DNA of 64,000 nt from Euprymna scolopes. Lineage: Eukaryota. The notes below the pieces were generated by a model. That model did no database searches. It was given only the letters and a program-made list of their open reading frames with translations, and was not told the DNA's origin. A program made the translations under genes and the position numbers. Numbering within the stretch: position 1 is the first letter of the stretch; each line of letters opens with the position of its first letter. Below are positions 38,424-52,401 of this stretch, one piece after another. The stretch lies in NCBI GenBank assembly GCA_053919585.1, contig CM132807.1, one strand, 5' to 3'.

Positions 38424-40344
38424 CTGCCAAAACAAAATTCCACAAAATAAAAACCAATAACATTACAGCAACATTAAAACGTTCATATATACACGCAATT
38501 ATGATAAAAAAGAATCGCTAAATCTTTTTATTAGACAATTTTTCATAGTCAACAAAAGGAGGGGGGGGGGCAATAAAGGAAGTCTGTTTTTATTTTTAAA
38601 AGAACTTTCAAATTTTCTCTAATAAATGTATTCATAAATTTGATTCACACCACAATATACTGTGCTGATGATTGATGAATTTACCTACTTTTGGAATATG
38701 ATCTTTTCTTTCTGTAACAAGTATATACGTCATAAAGATTTTTCTGTATTTTGATTTTTCAATAAAGGGAGAATTGTAGAAAACCACCGATAAAAAAAAA
38801 AAAAATAAATAAAAAAATCAAGAAAAATAAAACATTGTAAAAAATAAATATTTTATATAAAATGTCAATGATAAAAATATAATTTTTTTCATTTATGTCA
38901 TTTGGAGGGTGTCACCTTCTTACGGACTTCGGACAAAAGTATTTAAACATTATTATTCAATTAATGGTTAGAGTAAATTTAATAAATTTGTGAGTTGAAA
39001 TATATAAATCTAAATATTAATTTTCATTATGAATAAGTGCATTAAATTTGGATTTTCTCAATTTTAAAAGTGTTCAAATTATTTTACAACTCAAATGAGC
39101 GGAAATTGGGTTTTCTACCTCAATCTGTAATTTAATGTTAAAAATATTCCTTTTGAAATAAATTTGTTAGGTTCAATATTATTTAGCAGAAATGATTTTA
39201 TGGTATATAAAAAATTTGTCAACTAAATACTCTTCAAATCAATAAAACATTTTTTTTAAGTGTATTTTAAATTATACTCTTAAGTAGATTGAATAACACT
39301 GATTTTGGAATAATTCATTTGAAAATAGTAAAGTCAGAATTGTTTTTACTTTAGTTATTAGGATGATGGAACTATGATCAAAGGGAGCTAATTCTTTTTG
39401 TTTTAGGCGGAGTTACCTCCTCCCTTTTAATGCAAATTCTCATATAGAAGACGCGTGACCAGGACCAGAAACATTGATAGGTGTCGACAAAAGGATGACT
39501 TTGAAATCGATTAAACAAAAATGGAGATATACTACTTCTATCTGTGAGAGTTGTAATGGACGAATGCAAGTAATATCGGACTAAGACTGATAGATAAGAT
39601 TTGTATCATTCTATGTGTTGCCTACTTATAAATAAAATGTCTACACACACATATATTTGTCCTGGGGCATACTCTTTTGCAAGGCATTAATGATGATTAA
39701 TTATATGCAAACACTCCTATTCATAACATTAGTGATATAATAATAATGATCAATCAACAGCTTTGCCGATCGGATGATCTTTATTTTTTTTTAAACATGT
39801 ATAAAAGATAATGAAATGTTGTAGAATATTATATTGATAAAACAGCCCACTAAAATTTTCACTTATATTAAAAATTTAGTCAATAAGCACAAAAAAAACT
39901 GGAAGGTCCTGCACACACAAAAGGTTTGATATCTTTTAATATAGTAGTACATTATAAGTAATTGAAATGATTTTATCATGTATACATACACACACACGCT
40001 GGGCTGGTTACACGAGTCAACGTTCATTGTATCTTGTTTTCAATTAAAAATCTGAATCTTAATTACTGGTCACCATAACATAAATATATATTTAATATTC
40101 TAAATACACTTCCCATAGTAAAATAATAACTAGCTGCAGTAAAATGTCAACATAAGCCTTCTTTTAATTATGTATGATTGTCTCTATATAAATAAAATGA
40201 ACTCCTTTTTTCCTGTGTGAGTTTGACCTTAATAGGATTAAAAATCACGACATTACATTCAAATGTAATGTCCCCACACTTCAGCACAGGATCTGAGGTG
40301 TGCTATAGGCCTACTACCCTTACAGTTCCTTGATATTCGTATAA

Positions 40345-40771
40345 ATAAATATAAATATAAAAGCTAAAGTGTGTGTGTGTGTGTGTGTGTATGTGTTCCT
40401 TCATCCTAAACTTGGCCTCCTCCTGCTACTATGACAATGACGTCATGTTTGACCTAGAAAACGTTGACGTTAGTTTCAACAACCTGCAACTGTTTTTAAA
40501 GGGTTAATTTTATCCGTTCTCAAGTGTGTGTCTCTTTGGCGTAGACGTAACGTGTCAGGCATTTTTTTTTTTTTCCGCCTTAGCCTCGATGCTTCAGGTT
40601 CGAGCCTGTCTTCCTACCTAAACCTTTTTTATACCTTTTTTACATTTGTTTGCAGTTTTGCGTTTTCCAATTTTTTATAACATTGTGTGTGTTTTTTTTT
40701 TTATAATATTAAAACAGCCCCAACCCCCTACACATCTCCAAACACCCGAGCAACGCCGGATACCCCCCCCC

Positions 40772-40775
<4 letters not shown>
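40345..40775 (+). mobile_element. Degenerate Helitron of the 20701 family (also ~22385-22800)
   Basis: tataaaagc..(GT)n start; caaacacccgagcaacgccggatac end. Confidence 0.7.
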
Positions 40776-40824
<49 letters not shown>

Positions 40825-41837
40825 ACTATAAATTTGGGTTTTTTGTGCATTGATATTCATCTATTTTTTTCTATCTATTTATAAAGAAAAAAAAAAACAT
40901 GTCGTGTGGACTTGCATTCATCTGCAAAAAATCTAGCCAATTTGCATATTCTTTAAAACATTCATTTTAATTAATTCCCTATTAGTTTTGTTTTTGTTTT
41001 CTTATGGGATGATCATCTTTAGTTAACTATTACATGTAATTATATTCATGCAGATGTTCTACATGATTTATACTTGCGTAATATTTGTGTAGAAAGGTTA
41101 TAAATAAACACAAACCTCTTTTTATATATATATGTATGCATTGTATATTTTTGTTTAAAAAATTTTGCCTTCCAAACTCCTGTTAGTTTTTGGTCTACAG
41201 ACATGAAACTTAATATAATGGGTATTCAAGCCCATACAAAACTTTATATTTGGGTTTTAGCCAGGGAAAATCAGTGCAATAGTGTGACAATTAAAGAAAT
41301 AAAATTTGCCAGGTGAAAGTTGAACAGCATTACGAATATGCATGCATAACCTATTAGCTATTGATTAATGTTTTAATTTTTAGTCTTGCAGCAAACATGT
41401 CTTCATAGGTCAGGCATTAATGTCAAAGAAAAAAGTAAATTGTAAGCGAAACATTTTGGTTTCAATTCTCAGTGGTGGTGCACAAATTTTTTTTTTTCAA
41501 ACTTTTTAAATCATTACTATATATTGGGTCCAATATAACGTAATACGAAATCTGCATTAATCAAAATATCATATTTAAGTGTATTTTACAAGGATGACCT
41601 GCTAGCGTGTGTGTGCGTTTGTGTGTGTGTGTGTTTGAAGACATTCTTTAATAATGCCTAATTTGTGTCAACAGTGCGTTGATCAATTTCTGTGCAATCT
41701 CGGGTTTACGGATGAATTGATAAACTGTACAGACATATACACCTTTGAAAAAATACTAATTCTAAAGGGAATATTTTGTTTAAATTAAAAACTGATGGAT
41801 TTGTTTAATTATAATGCCAACTGCAAGTTTGATTTAC

Positions 41838-42015
41838 CTGTCGCTCTGCATGTTCGGTCTGCCAGCCTTGCACGTGGGCTGTCAATTTATCATTACAGTA
41901 ATTACTAAGTGAAGGTGGTAGTTCAACAGAAGATTCTTTCTTTTCAGAAACGGCAGAAAGTGTACCAGGCTGGACAGCAAGGTCCTTAGAACTGCTGCTG
42001 CTTGGAGTAGGACTT
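41838..42015 (-). CDS. WAC: WAC exon (SPTPSSSS...KLTAHVQGWQTEHAERQ)
   Basis: ttattttAG acceptor and GTAAAT donor; 178 nt, phase 2-0. HVQGWxxEHAExQ matches the WAC motif HVQGWPADHAEKQ as recalled. Confidence 0.93.
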
Positions 42016-44198
42016 CTAAAATAAAAAAAAAAAAGAGGGGGGAATGTTTTTATATAAAAATGAAAGTATGTAATGGAGAAAAAATAAGATTTTTTTTTTT
42101 GTCTTTTAAATTTACAAGTCTCCAAAAAAAAAATTTCAATGATTTAAAGAAAAAAATCTTTATAAATTTAACTGCATCAAATGCATAAACCGGTCACAAA
42201 AACTGAATTTTTGTGAAAATTGATTCGATTATTTCATGACACACATTGTGTGAGGGTAATTTTATGCTGAAGAGTGTGGAATGAATAGTCATTGAATAAA
42301 TTTGCAAATGCTTTTTTAAGTGTAGTTTTAAGGTCATACTCCCCTCTCTACTCAGTGAGTCATTATTTAAACAGTTTGATAGTAGTATTTGTTTTCTTAA
42401 ATTCTCTATTTAAAGTAAATGTGCATGAAATACACATATTCAATTGAAAGCCTGCTTAATACAATGCCCTGTCAGGATTGCAATTAAGAAAATGTATGGT
42501 TTTGTCAATAATGAAAATGAAATAGTTATGAAAAAGAACACACAGAGCAAGGGACATAACTCAACATACCCCTGTATTTTGGTGAATGTGAACTTTTTTT
42601 TATGAATTTTCCTTCTTGGACTTACATCCCCATCAAGTAATTAGTGCAACTTAAAGCATGATGTTTTGGAGAAGATCTCTACATAGACCTGTCACACCCG
42701 GTCTACACTCCCAGCTCCACATTTTGGGAGTCACCCATAAAGGGCATATTATGATCAGTGTGTGAACAAATCAGTACAAAAGTGAGATGAAGCAGGAGTT
42801 TTCCTCTCATCACATAAAAATGATGACCATGTACAAACAATTGCAGCATCATTTAACCGTGTTTCCTACACCCCCCCACCAAAACTGATCATATTAACCT
42901 ACTTTAAGACATATCCAAAATAAAAATTACACAAAACTTGAAACCGACTTCCAAAATTTAAGCCAACAGCCAACAACACAAATTGCAAAACAAAAGAAAA
43001 AGAAAAATTCAGTTGTGTCAAAAATAGTATGTTTCAAAATATACAATGTTCTATCGATTTTATCACTCCCTCGACACCTCCCATATGAATTTTTTCATTA
43101 AACACTAACTTACAATACACAAAATTACTAATTTTTGCTAATTAATTACATTATGGTATTGCCGAATAATAATTAATAATGATAATAATAAAAAGAATTT
43201 TATATTATATTTAAAGTTACTTTTCATTGCCAACTTTCCTTAGATCAGATAGCAATTGCACTACACACGCCTTCAAAGGTTTACACATATGCACGTTTTC
43301 TTTTACCCCCCCTTACTATAAGACAAGACTGACCCCCCCCCCACCTTTAAACACACTTAATCATACTGTTAACTTCTATTTACAAAATACCAATGAAAAT
43401 ACATGAAACATTAATCAACTGTTATGACCAATTTATTNNNNNNNNNNNNNNNNNNNNNNNNNNNNNNNNNNNNNNNNNNNNNNNNNNNNNNNNNNNNNNN
43501 NNNNNNNNNNNNNNNNNNNNNNNNNNNNNNNNNNNNNNNNNNNNNNNNNNNNNNNNNNNNNNNNNNNNNNNNNNNNNNNNNNNNNNNNNNNNNNNNNNNN
43601 NNNNNNNNNNNNNNNNNNNNNNNNNNNNNNTCTGTTTTAAAGCAAAAAAAACTTGTCTCTCATGGAGTCTCTTTCAGTGCTTGCATTTGTTTTCCTTATC
43701 ATTGTCACTCTAGAACTAGTCGGTGACTATTTTGGTGCCCTATCAATTGAGCTATTAAAAAAAAAAAAAAATTTAAAAAAAAAAAAAAAAAGGCTTGTAA
43801 GAGTAAGAGAAATTGTATTGCATTATAATGTTACTTATGTTTTCTACAATATAGATAACTGAAAATATTTATTTTTATGGAAGAGTATTGCTGTGATATG
43901 GATCATTATATCATTTTATATGGTTGTCGCAGTAGTCTGATCAATCTAAGTGTTTTCTTGGTAAACAATACTGAAATATTGTTTACTTTCCAAATGCAAA
44001 ATACATGAATGGAAATTCATTCAGGAAACATGCATAGATTTATTTTATTGATTTCCTACAAAAGATAATCCTTGCATATCAAAGAAATGTGTTCTTTGTT
44101 TTTTTTTTTTTTCAGTTTTACTAATGATGTTTGTAGTCTATTATTAGTCATTTACAAATCTTGTCTAATAGTGACATTGAGTTTTTCCTTTTAAAATC

Positions 44199-44242
<44 letters not shown>

Positions 44243-44354
44243 GGAGAAAAAAGAAAATCTAACGAATAAGGGGACACAATTCTGTTATGACCAACAAATA
44301 AGTGGATTATATCCCTTGCCTTCGTTCCGATAAAAAAAATTTTACAAAAAAGAG

Positions 44355-44630
44355 ATTTTGGTAGTTAGTGTCCCCAATGACGCCTGGTTAAACAGAGTTG
44401 AAGGGAAAGAGAAAAACTGGAATCTTAGGAAGTTCTCCAATTTTCTAATAATTATAGGAGCAACTGGATTTGTGAAAAAGAATTTCAAAACTACCTGGCA
44501 AATATATACCTGGTGAACCAAGTGCAAGATATACAAATAATTGCACTTGAACGAATGGTTAAAATCTTAAAAAGATCTTAGTTTGAATGTATAAGATAGA
44601 GGATGTCCCATCCCTAGCTATAACAAAATA
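44355..44630 (+). mobile_element. Degenerate 3' copy of the RLE-type element
   Basis: Nucleotide similarity to 61240-61570 (gttagtgtccccaatga, attataggagcaactgga). Confidence 0.8.
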
Positions 44631-44672
44631 AAAAAATTGAGAGGGGGGGGGGGGAAAGCTTGAAATACTCAC

Positions 44673-44850
44673 TCAGTTTTGACACTTCTTTCTGATCGGG
44701 GACTTTCTTTCCCTGATTCTTCTTCATGTGGAGGTGGATTCAAATTTACTGGAGGGAGGTGAGAGCTATCTGTACTTGGTGTAGGTGATTTTAAAGATTG
44801 TTGAGGTGAGGTATCTGCATGAGGAACTGATATTCGGGGTGATGGAGCAG
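44673..44850 (-). CDS. WAC: WAC exon, Ser/Pro-rich region (APSPRISVPHADTSPQQSLKSPTP...SERSVKTE)
   Basis: cttttcAG acceptor and GTGAGT donor; 178 nt, phase 1-2, open frame. Confidence 0.85.
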
Positions 44851-46704
44851 CTGAAAAGACAAGTTTGAAAAAATATATATATCTGATATGCTATAATAAT
44901 TGCAAGATACATAGAATTAGAAAATAATTTTTAAGGCGTTTTAAACAAAAGAATATTTAATTTTGAAAATACAATACTGTAAAGTACTAAAGCAAACTTG
45001 AAATCGATCAATGACAATTTGTAAAAACTTTTCAAAATGATGAGCAAGACTGTCACTACTTCATTATTCATAAAATTTAATTTCCTTATTTAAAAATAAA
45101 ACTGAATCAATCTACGTGATTTTTGGAATATATTTTTATTTAGTCATGGATACATACATAATACAGATCATTCTTTATTTTTTAATATAGGGAGAATTCT
45201 AAACAAGAACCAAATGGTTTGTATTTAAAAAAAATTTAAACTCATTTTATCAGAATGATAAAGAATTTTTTATTTTTAATTCATTGAAAATTTTTCTACT
45301 CATCATTTCTGAAGATAGTTTCATAAATATACATTGAAAAATACTTTTGCAATAACAATATTAAATGAAATCAGACTCATATTTGGTTTCTGTTTTCCTC
45401 AAAGTTTAAGCTTTGATCAATTTTTCTCTAAAAATTTTAAATTGAAATTCTTATTTTCATCAATCACTTTTCATTGGTATTTTTGTCTCTTTCAATTAAA
45501 ATCTCCAGTGATTGAACTCATGAGATGAAGAGAATTCAATTAATTGCATATAATTTTAGATTTTATAAGTTTTAAATACAAAAAATGCATGTAAAAGCAT
45601 TAATTTTTGTTACTTGTGAAGAATAAAGACCAGGCTATTGTAGGAATTTTCCAGGCAGTTTATGTAAAACCCCAAACAGTGCTGAATTAAAGTTCCGTGA
45701 TTTTTCTCTCTCTCATAAACGCCCCCCTCCCTCTTTAAAATGGAATCACTCCAGATAAGGCATGAAGCATCTTGATGTAAGGAATTAAAAAATACTATTT
45801 AAAGGTCAAAAACTTGCCAACGATAAGTGTTTTAGATGAATGGATTCTGATCCAGAAAACAGCAATCCTTTGTCAGAAACATAGGTCATGGAATGCGAGG
45901 ACTAAAGGATAAAATAAGGGAAGCAAGAATTATGGGGCTGTGAAAATAAACTTGATGCTCACTTTAAAAAAAAAAAATGAAAACCATATTCTTTTTGTTA
46001 TCACAAAGAAAATACAATGAATAATTATTGGATAACTTTTACAAAACTTTTAGAAACTTAAAATTCAAATAAAAACACTCATTGTAAAGCAAGTTTCACA
46101 AATATTTATTTTTTGAAAAACAACTGATAGCAAATTAAAAATGTTTATTTGATTTTTTAATGTTTTTGATGAATATTTGTTATATTTTTTAATAAATCAT
46201 TAACAAACATTTTTTTTTTTTTTTAATTTTTGCATGATCCCCCCCCCCCCCCCCTTGTGATTTCATTGGCTTGGCGGTTCAGCACCTTCCGGTATTTTAT
46301 GTAAAATGCCTGGAAAATTCTGACAGTAGCAGGGTCCTTACTTTTATAAGTACCAGTTTTGTTAAATTAGACAAAAAGCTGTAGAAAGTATGAGTGTGTG
46401 AGGGGGTCATTAATCAGTCTTTGTCTATCCTACTCTTAACAAAATACATTTTGATTCATTGGTTCAAGCATTGTTCCTTTCAGTATTTGACAGTCGCCAC
46501 AATACCACATTTACTCCACTCAAAATATCTCCATTTAAAATTATTTTATTTTTTTATTTTTTTTGGTCTTCAGACTAGGATCAGTCTAAGGTATGCCTGT
46601 TAATGTGTCTAATCACTGCATCTAGGTTTAGTAGAAATAAGAAATAACCAGAAACGAGTGATATATAAACCCTGACGACAGAATTTTTTAAAAATAAAAC
46701 TCAC

Positions 46705-46719
46705 GTTGACACTGCATGT
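46705..46719 (-). CDS. WAC: Candidate 15-nt WAC microexon (adds DMQCQ)
   Basis: tgttatttccAG|ACATGCAGTGTCAAC|GTGAGT; frame-preserving, no stop in phase 1. Confidence 0.55.
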
Positions 46720-47477
46720 CTGGAAATAACATACAAAAATATAGACTGCTCAATAAGAATAGTCTAACTTCAATGAATTAAATCAAAGATTGTTTTCAAA
46801 ATTTGTTAAGATACATAAAAAAGTAGTATGAAGCACAGCAGACAAAACCTAAATACTTTTATAATCATTATAAATCAATTAAAAAAAAATTTTTTTTTAA
46901 ATCGTATCTACTTTAATTTTCATGTCCCAGCAGAGTAATGAACATATCCAAAAATGACAAAAAATGATAATGTAGAAAATTAAATATTAATGAAATTTGT
47001 TTTTTAAGACAATTAACAAACATTGAGTTTTGCTATTTAAAAAAAAAAAAAAAAAAATTGATTCATGACAAAGGAGGTATTAATTTTCTGAAATTATAGG
47101 CCAATTTGACATAACTCAATTTCTGCTAATTCTCTTCAGAAAAGTGTTTTCATTAATAATTAATTTTCTTTCTTATTTTTTTTGTAATTTTTGGATATGT
47201 TCATTACTGCAACATGATAATTAAGTAGATATGATTGGTTTTACATGAAATTCAATATTTCGATTTAACAAAGAAACGCCAAAAAAGTAAAATGGAGTTA
47301 CTTCCCTTTCCTCATAGCTCAGTTTTTATTATTAAACATAACTTATTTTCATTGCTTTTACTTCACATTTAATTCAGCTTTTCTAAAATACAGGGTTCAA
47401 TGAAAGCATTTGTAGTATTCAGTTTGTAAAAACTTAATGATTGAATTCTTTCTCTCAAAACTACCTCCTCCCTTGAC

Positions 47478-47980
47478 GTTTCTGAATTTTTGAGATGAGG
47501 ATTGGTTATATGTATTATTATTATTCATCAGACTACTGTTCTCATCTTGAGTGGGATTTTCACAACGTTTTGGTTGATATAACTTCCGACCTTCTTCAGG
47601 TATATACAAGTAAGAAGTATAGAGGTAGATATACATTAATATATAGTAATAAGTAATAATAAATAGTGATATTTACAACTAGAAATAAAAGTAGGTTTAA
47701 GGCTCCTAAAATTCGTACTAGAATTGTCCGCAAGAGTACTGGGAAAAATCAATTGTAAAAGTGATATTCTCCTGACAGTTGCAGGTTCAATCCTCAGTGT
47801 GGGCGACCGAAATATACATTTGTGAATTACTTAGGACCTCTATCCAGTCATGGCTGACGAAACAAAAAGTCTTGACATTCCGTCCAAATTCCCAAGTTCG
47901 ACAAGACACCTGAAGAAGGCTGGAGGTTACATCGACCGAAACATTGTGAAAATCACACTCAAGATGAGTCTGATGAATAA
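47478..47980 (+). mobile_element. Family A element with inverted tail
   Basis: Minus-strand tail at 47478-47602; plus-strand B-box GGTTCAATCC at about 47784; CACCTGAAGAAGGCTGG..CGACCGAAACATTGTG at 47907-47948. Confidence 0.8.
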
Positions 47981-48079
47981 TACATATACCTCCTCCCTTG
48001 TTATTTATTAATGTGGACTCTAAAATTTGAGTATATATGAACAGGTTCTGCATTTGATAACACAAAGAAGTAACTCGCA

Positions 48080-48205
48080 AACACACTGGTTCTCATTAGA
48101 GCATCAAAGTTAAAAAAAAAACCTAACGTCATCTCCCCTGACTAGGATATACATACGACTGGGGAGCACTTGTGAATTTAAATATCCACTTGACACTTCC
48201 TCAGT
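48080..48205 (+). mobile_element. Internally deleted 5S-SINE copy
   Basis: cactggttctcattagagcatcaaagttaa (5S 5' half) joined to the SINE body. Confidence 0.6.
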
Positions 48206-49049
48206 TCAATCCACATCCTCAATTACTTTTACCAGAATGAAAAAAAATATTTAATTTGATTAACCACTGCTGGTGTTTGCTTTTGAAAAATGACTGTTTG
48301 CAAACCATCTCTAGTTTTAGAATTCTGACGGTACAACATCTGACAAGTAAAAATAATTCTAGTATTAACGAACAGCTTCATTTAAAGCCAGAAAAAGTTT
48401 CCAGGAATGAAAATTAATCAGAAATAGTATGAGATGCCAAATATGTTCAAGGAAATGCATTAATCAAAAAGAAAAAAAAAAAAAAATATTGTGACGGATT
48501 AACTTGGAGGTGCATGAATGGCCAATGTAGGCAGTGAATCTATTTGCATAATAGGAGTTTTCTTTCCAAGTGAAGCCTTGAAATTAGAAAAATAAGAAAG
48601 AGTGTATACATGTGATTCCATGACATCGCAACAGTTAGAAACAAGTCATAAAAAATATTTAAACAAAAATTTTTTTTTTGTACCCCAAAACTCCTTAAAA
48701 CAGTAACATCTTTTCCAGAAACCAAAGTTTTCACTTGTTGCTACACATTAATATAGTTTTATGAATAAATATAATTGATAGTTGCTTTAAAAAAAATTTT
48801 TTATTAATGTATTCCTGTTTTCTATCATGTTTTTTTTTTCTAGCATTAAAAAATTTCATCAACATTTGGCAAAACTGGTTTACGTACGCTGTCAGAATAT
48901 GCCAATGCCACATCATGTAGAAACAAGTCATTCTCTGCACAAGTCTTAGATAGAAATCCTAGTTTGTTAAATTTGAGAATATTCTGATAGCCATGTGTGA
49001 ATTTGTGTAATCAGTTGTGGGTGAATTGCAGTTAACAAAATAAACTCAC

Positions 49050-49118
49050 CATTTTGTTGCGTGCTCATAGACAGCTGCCTGGAAATGGCTTCTTGTAATT
49101 TTTGTAACGTTTGTAATG
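49050..49118 (-). CDS. WAC: WAC internal exon (most 5' exon found), ALQTLQKLQEAISRQLSMSTQQN
   Basis: tttctcttcacAG acceptor and GTGAGT donor; 69 nt, phase 1-1; in frame with the downstream WAC exons. The upstream exons (WW domain) were not found in the window. Confidence 0.75.
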
Positions 49119-49806
49119 CTGTGAAGAGAAAGGAAAAGATTCAGATGAAAACAAAATTAAGATCAACAAATTAACATTTTTTTTTAATTTTAATATATTT
49201 TAATTTTTTTTTTCATTAAAAGTAGACAGATTGTGAAGAGGCACAGATGCCAAAATGAATATAATTTTGTTGAGAAAGATAAAATATATCTTTAATATAT
49301 GAGGGACATTCAAAATTACTGCCTCATATATTTTTTTTTTTTATCAAGACCGAATGGATCAAAGGAGATTGCAAATTGCATTGCTATGATGACTGAACTT
49401 ATGCATTCATGAGTTGAAATTTTCATCTCTGTTGTAGATATTGATGGTATGAAACTAAGAAAACAATCCCTGTCATGAATGTTAGCAGCAGAGATGCATC
49501 ACTGAATTTCTGGCAAAAGTACATTAAGAATGGTGGTGACTATGTAGAGAAATGAATTCTGGAGCAGAAAAAGGTTGTTTTAATGGTAACACTCCAGTCT
49601 TCGAAGCTCTTAACTGTCAGTTAAAAAAAGATTTTCATTTTAGAATGATCCTCATATAAATCTTTCTTTAGAGATTTGAAATGTTGAACCTAAACAGCAT
49701 TTAAGCTCGCATAAACTTTCTAAGTAGCACATTTTCATTTTGCTTAAGAGGTTATTGGCACTATAATCAAACTTTATCATTTTTTTTTTATTTTAAATTT
49801 TATAAG

Positions 49807-49915
49807 TACAGTTCGTATATAAAATATAGTCATCTATAGGTACAGTTCGTATATAAAATATAGTCATCTATAGGTACAGTTAGTATATAAAATATAGTCA
49901 TCTATAGGTACAGTT
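49807..49915. repeat. Tandem repeat, about three copies of tacagttcgtatataaaatatagtcatctatagg
   Basis: Direct reading. Confidence 0.9.
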
Positions 49916-52401
49916 GTTTCATCATATGAAGACATATCAGCGTAGTTACATGCAACTACATGCATACAGAGAATCAAAACCGGAACGCCAGATAACTTTT
50001 AACTAATCAGTGATATAAAGCATCGTTTTACTATGTCCTCCCAAATTAGCTGCTAATAACAGCACGGCAATGCTTTATGACTCTTCTCCTTGTTTACATT
50101 CTTTGTTACTAGTAAATTAAAAGAATTCTATTCACTTTATGGACGAGTATTGCTTTATGCTAAGTGGAAGACCATTATTTCTTTTGTGTGTGTGTGTGTA
50201 TATATATATATTTATACACAGTCTCAAAAAAATGTACTGGTACTGTTATCAGCATTGTGTGAATAATAATGGTCATCAATTTGGACATTTGCAAACATGA
50301 TTCTTCAATTACATTTGTCTTCTGTATTCAAAGCTATTCCATTTCATTCTATGTTCATAAGGTTTTATTGTCATTCGAAGTGAGAGTACACAAGTACATT
50401 TTTTGAGCCACCATAAATAAATATAAAAGCTAATTTGATACAATTTGGCTGAATCACAGCTCTTTAGTATGGCTAGAAAGGCAAATATTTCAAGCTGGGA
50501 TCAAAACCTTTTTTTTTTTCAACAGTCAACTCTAACCATTCAGTTATCAGCAACAGGCTACAAAGTAAAATCGAGTTGAAAATGTTGGATAAGATTCCTT
50601 TTGAAAAAGCATATTATGTACACTACATTAATGACTGACTGATAAAAAATATGAAATAACTGCTCCCTCCAAACACTTAAAAATGAGCATGCTGCAGAAC
50701 GCTACCATAGAAATTAAAACTATGATTTTTATTTTCCAGAATGCATGACATTCTGACCAATCAAAACTTAAGGAATGACATATGGCTTAAAACAAGGATG
50801 CATGATAAACCTTAATATAAGAAAGTGTAATGAAAATTATAATTCTATATATTTTTGTGAGAAATTTTTTTTTAATATGAATGTCGATTCATAAAGTCCA
50901 TACTTTAAATATGGCTAGAAAAAGTGTTTAATTTTAAGCCTTGATTTCTAAATTTTGAAGCATTTATTTTTACTTCTATTTTAATAATTTTCTTTTATTT
51001 TCATCTTAAAAATATATTTTAAATATTTTTAAATATTAATTTCTCATCTACATAAACTTCTTAGGATTTTGGAAATAGGACCACCAAACTAACGGAGACA
51101 AATTTTTAAGCGACTACAACATTATAACAGAGCTCAGCATTCACATTTGACGTCCATAAGTAGAAAATATAACATTTTACTTGATTATATTTATAACCTG
51201 AAAATTAAAAAAAAATTAAAAACTGTTGAGTTAATAAAAAGTTAAGCACTTGAAGAATTAGACATATCTTGAGGGAAAAAGATGGTGTTATGGTGCAAAA
51301 GAACAGATTTTTTTTCCACACCATGGCAGAATCTGATAGTAAAACAAAGTTATTCAGTACCTATCTACTTGCCTAAATGTATAAAATTCTTTGGGGAAGA
51401 CAATAAAATTGGTCCCAAATCTCTAAATTACTATACCTATATCAGATTTTAATTAAATTTAAATTATATGTGTAAGACATTAATTCATAATGTTCTCAAA
51501 TATTCTAGCTGTTTCTGACGATGTGAGAGGAAATAGAAAAGGATAGAGGAGTAAAAATAAAAAAAAAATAATGAAATAAAAAAAAATATATATATGGTGT
51601 TATGAGCATGAAACAGTACATAATAGTGATCCTACAATTCAATCCCAAGCAACATCAGGTGTTCCTGCAATTGTGTGCTTACACACAAAGAAAAATATCC
51701 ATCCCGGGACAAATATAAGAAATAAATATAGCAATAGTTTTAAATTTAAGAGTTTTCTTTTCTTTGTAAAGTATGGTAACAGTTTTAGTACCCTCCCCTA
51801 TTAAATTTTACAAAAAAATAAAAAAGAAAAATAAATAATAATGTGCCTACGTTACCGACTGTTATCTAGAATAAATATTCTTCAATTTATAAGTTCAATA
51901 GTTTAGGGTTTTATCAAGCATATACATCAGCATGTAACAGAGATTGTTTAAAAAAAAAAAATTGTATTACTTAATTTGATACAGATCAAATCTTTTGTCT
52001 ACATTTTTTTGTTGTATTTAACTTAATAGTTTTTAGAGGGTGGGTGAGAGCTCAGATAGGTGCACCGTAAAGCTTACCACATATGTTACTTTCTGTATTG
52101 CCAAAAATTCATAATCTGTTGAATATATTATTTCTACATAAATATGTATAAATACACGAACTTAACATTTATCTCTTCTACACACAATCTCTCTCTATAT
52201 ATAGATACTTATAAAACTTTTTGGACCTTGCACCCTTGCTTGAATCTTGTCTCCCATGATCGAGCAAGTGCATCTTTAAAAAAGGGATGCCAAGTGAATT
52301 TATACCCATGTGTGGTGGCATGTCTCAGAGCCTAAGGAATGTGGATGCAGAGTTGTATGTTTTGATTTTGATTCTAGCTGATGGTACCAAAATCATATAT
52401 A

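Noticed and set aside
49898-49950. Minus-strand hammerhead (CTGATAT...GAAACAACTGTA); similar remnants at 27890-27922 and 35265-35293
   Set aside because: Core and stem I too degenerate to call.
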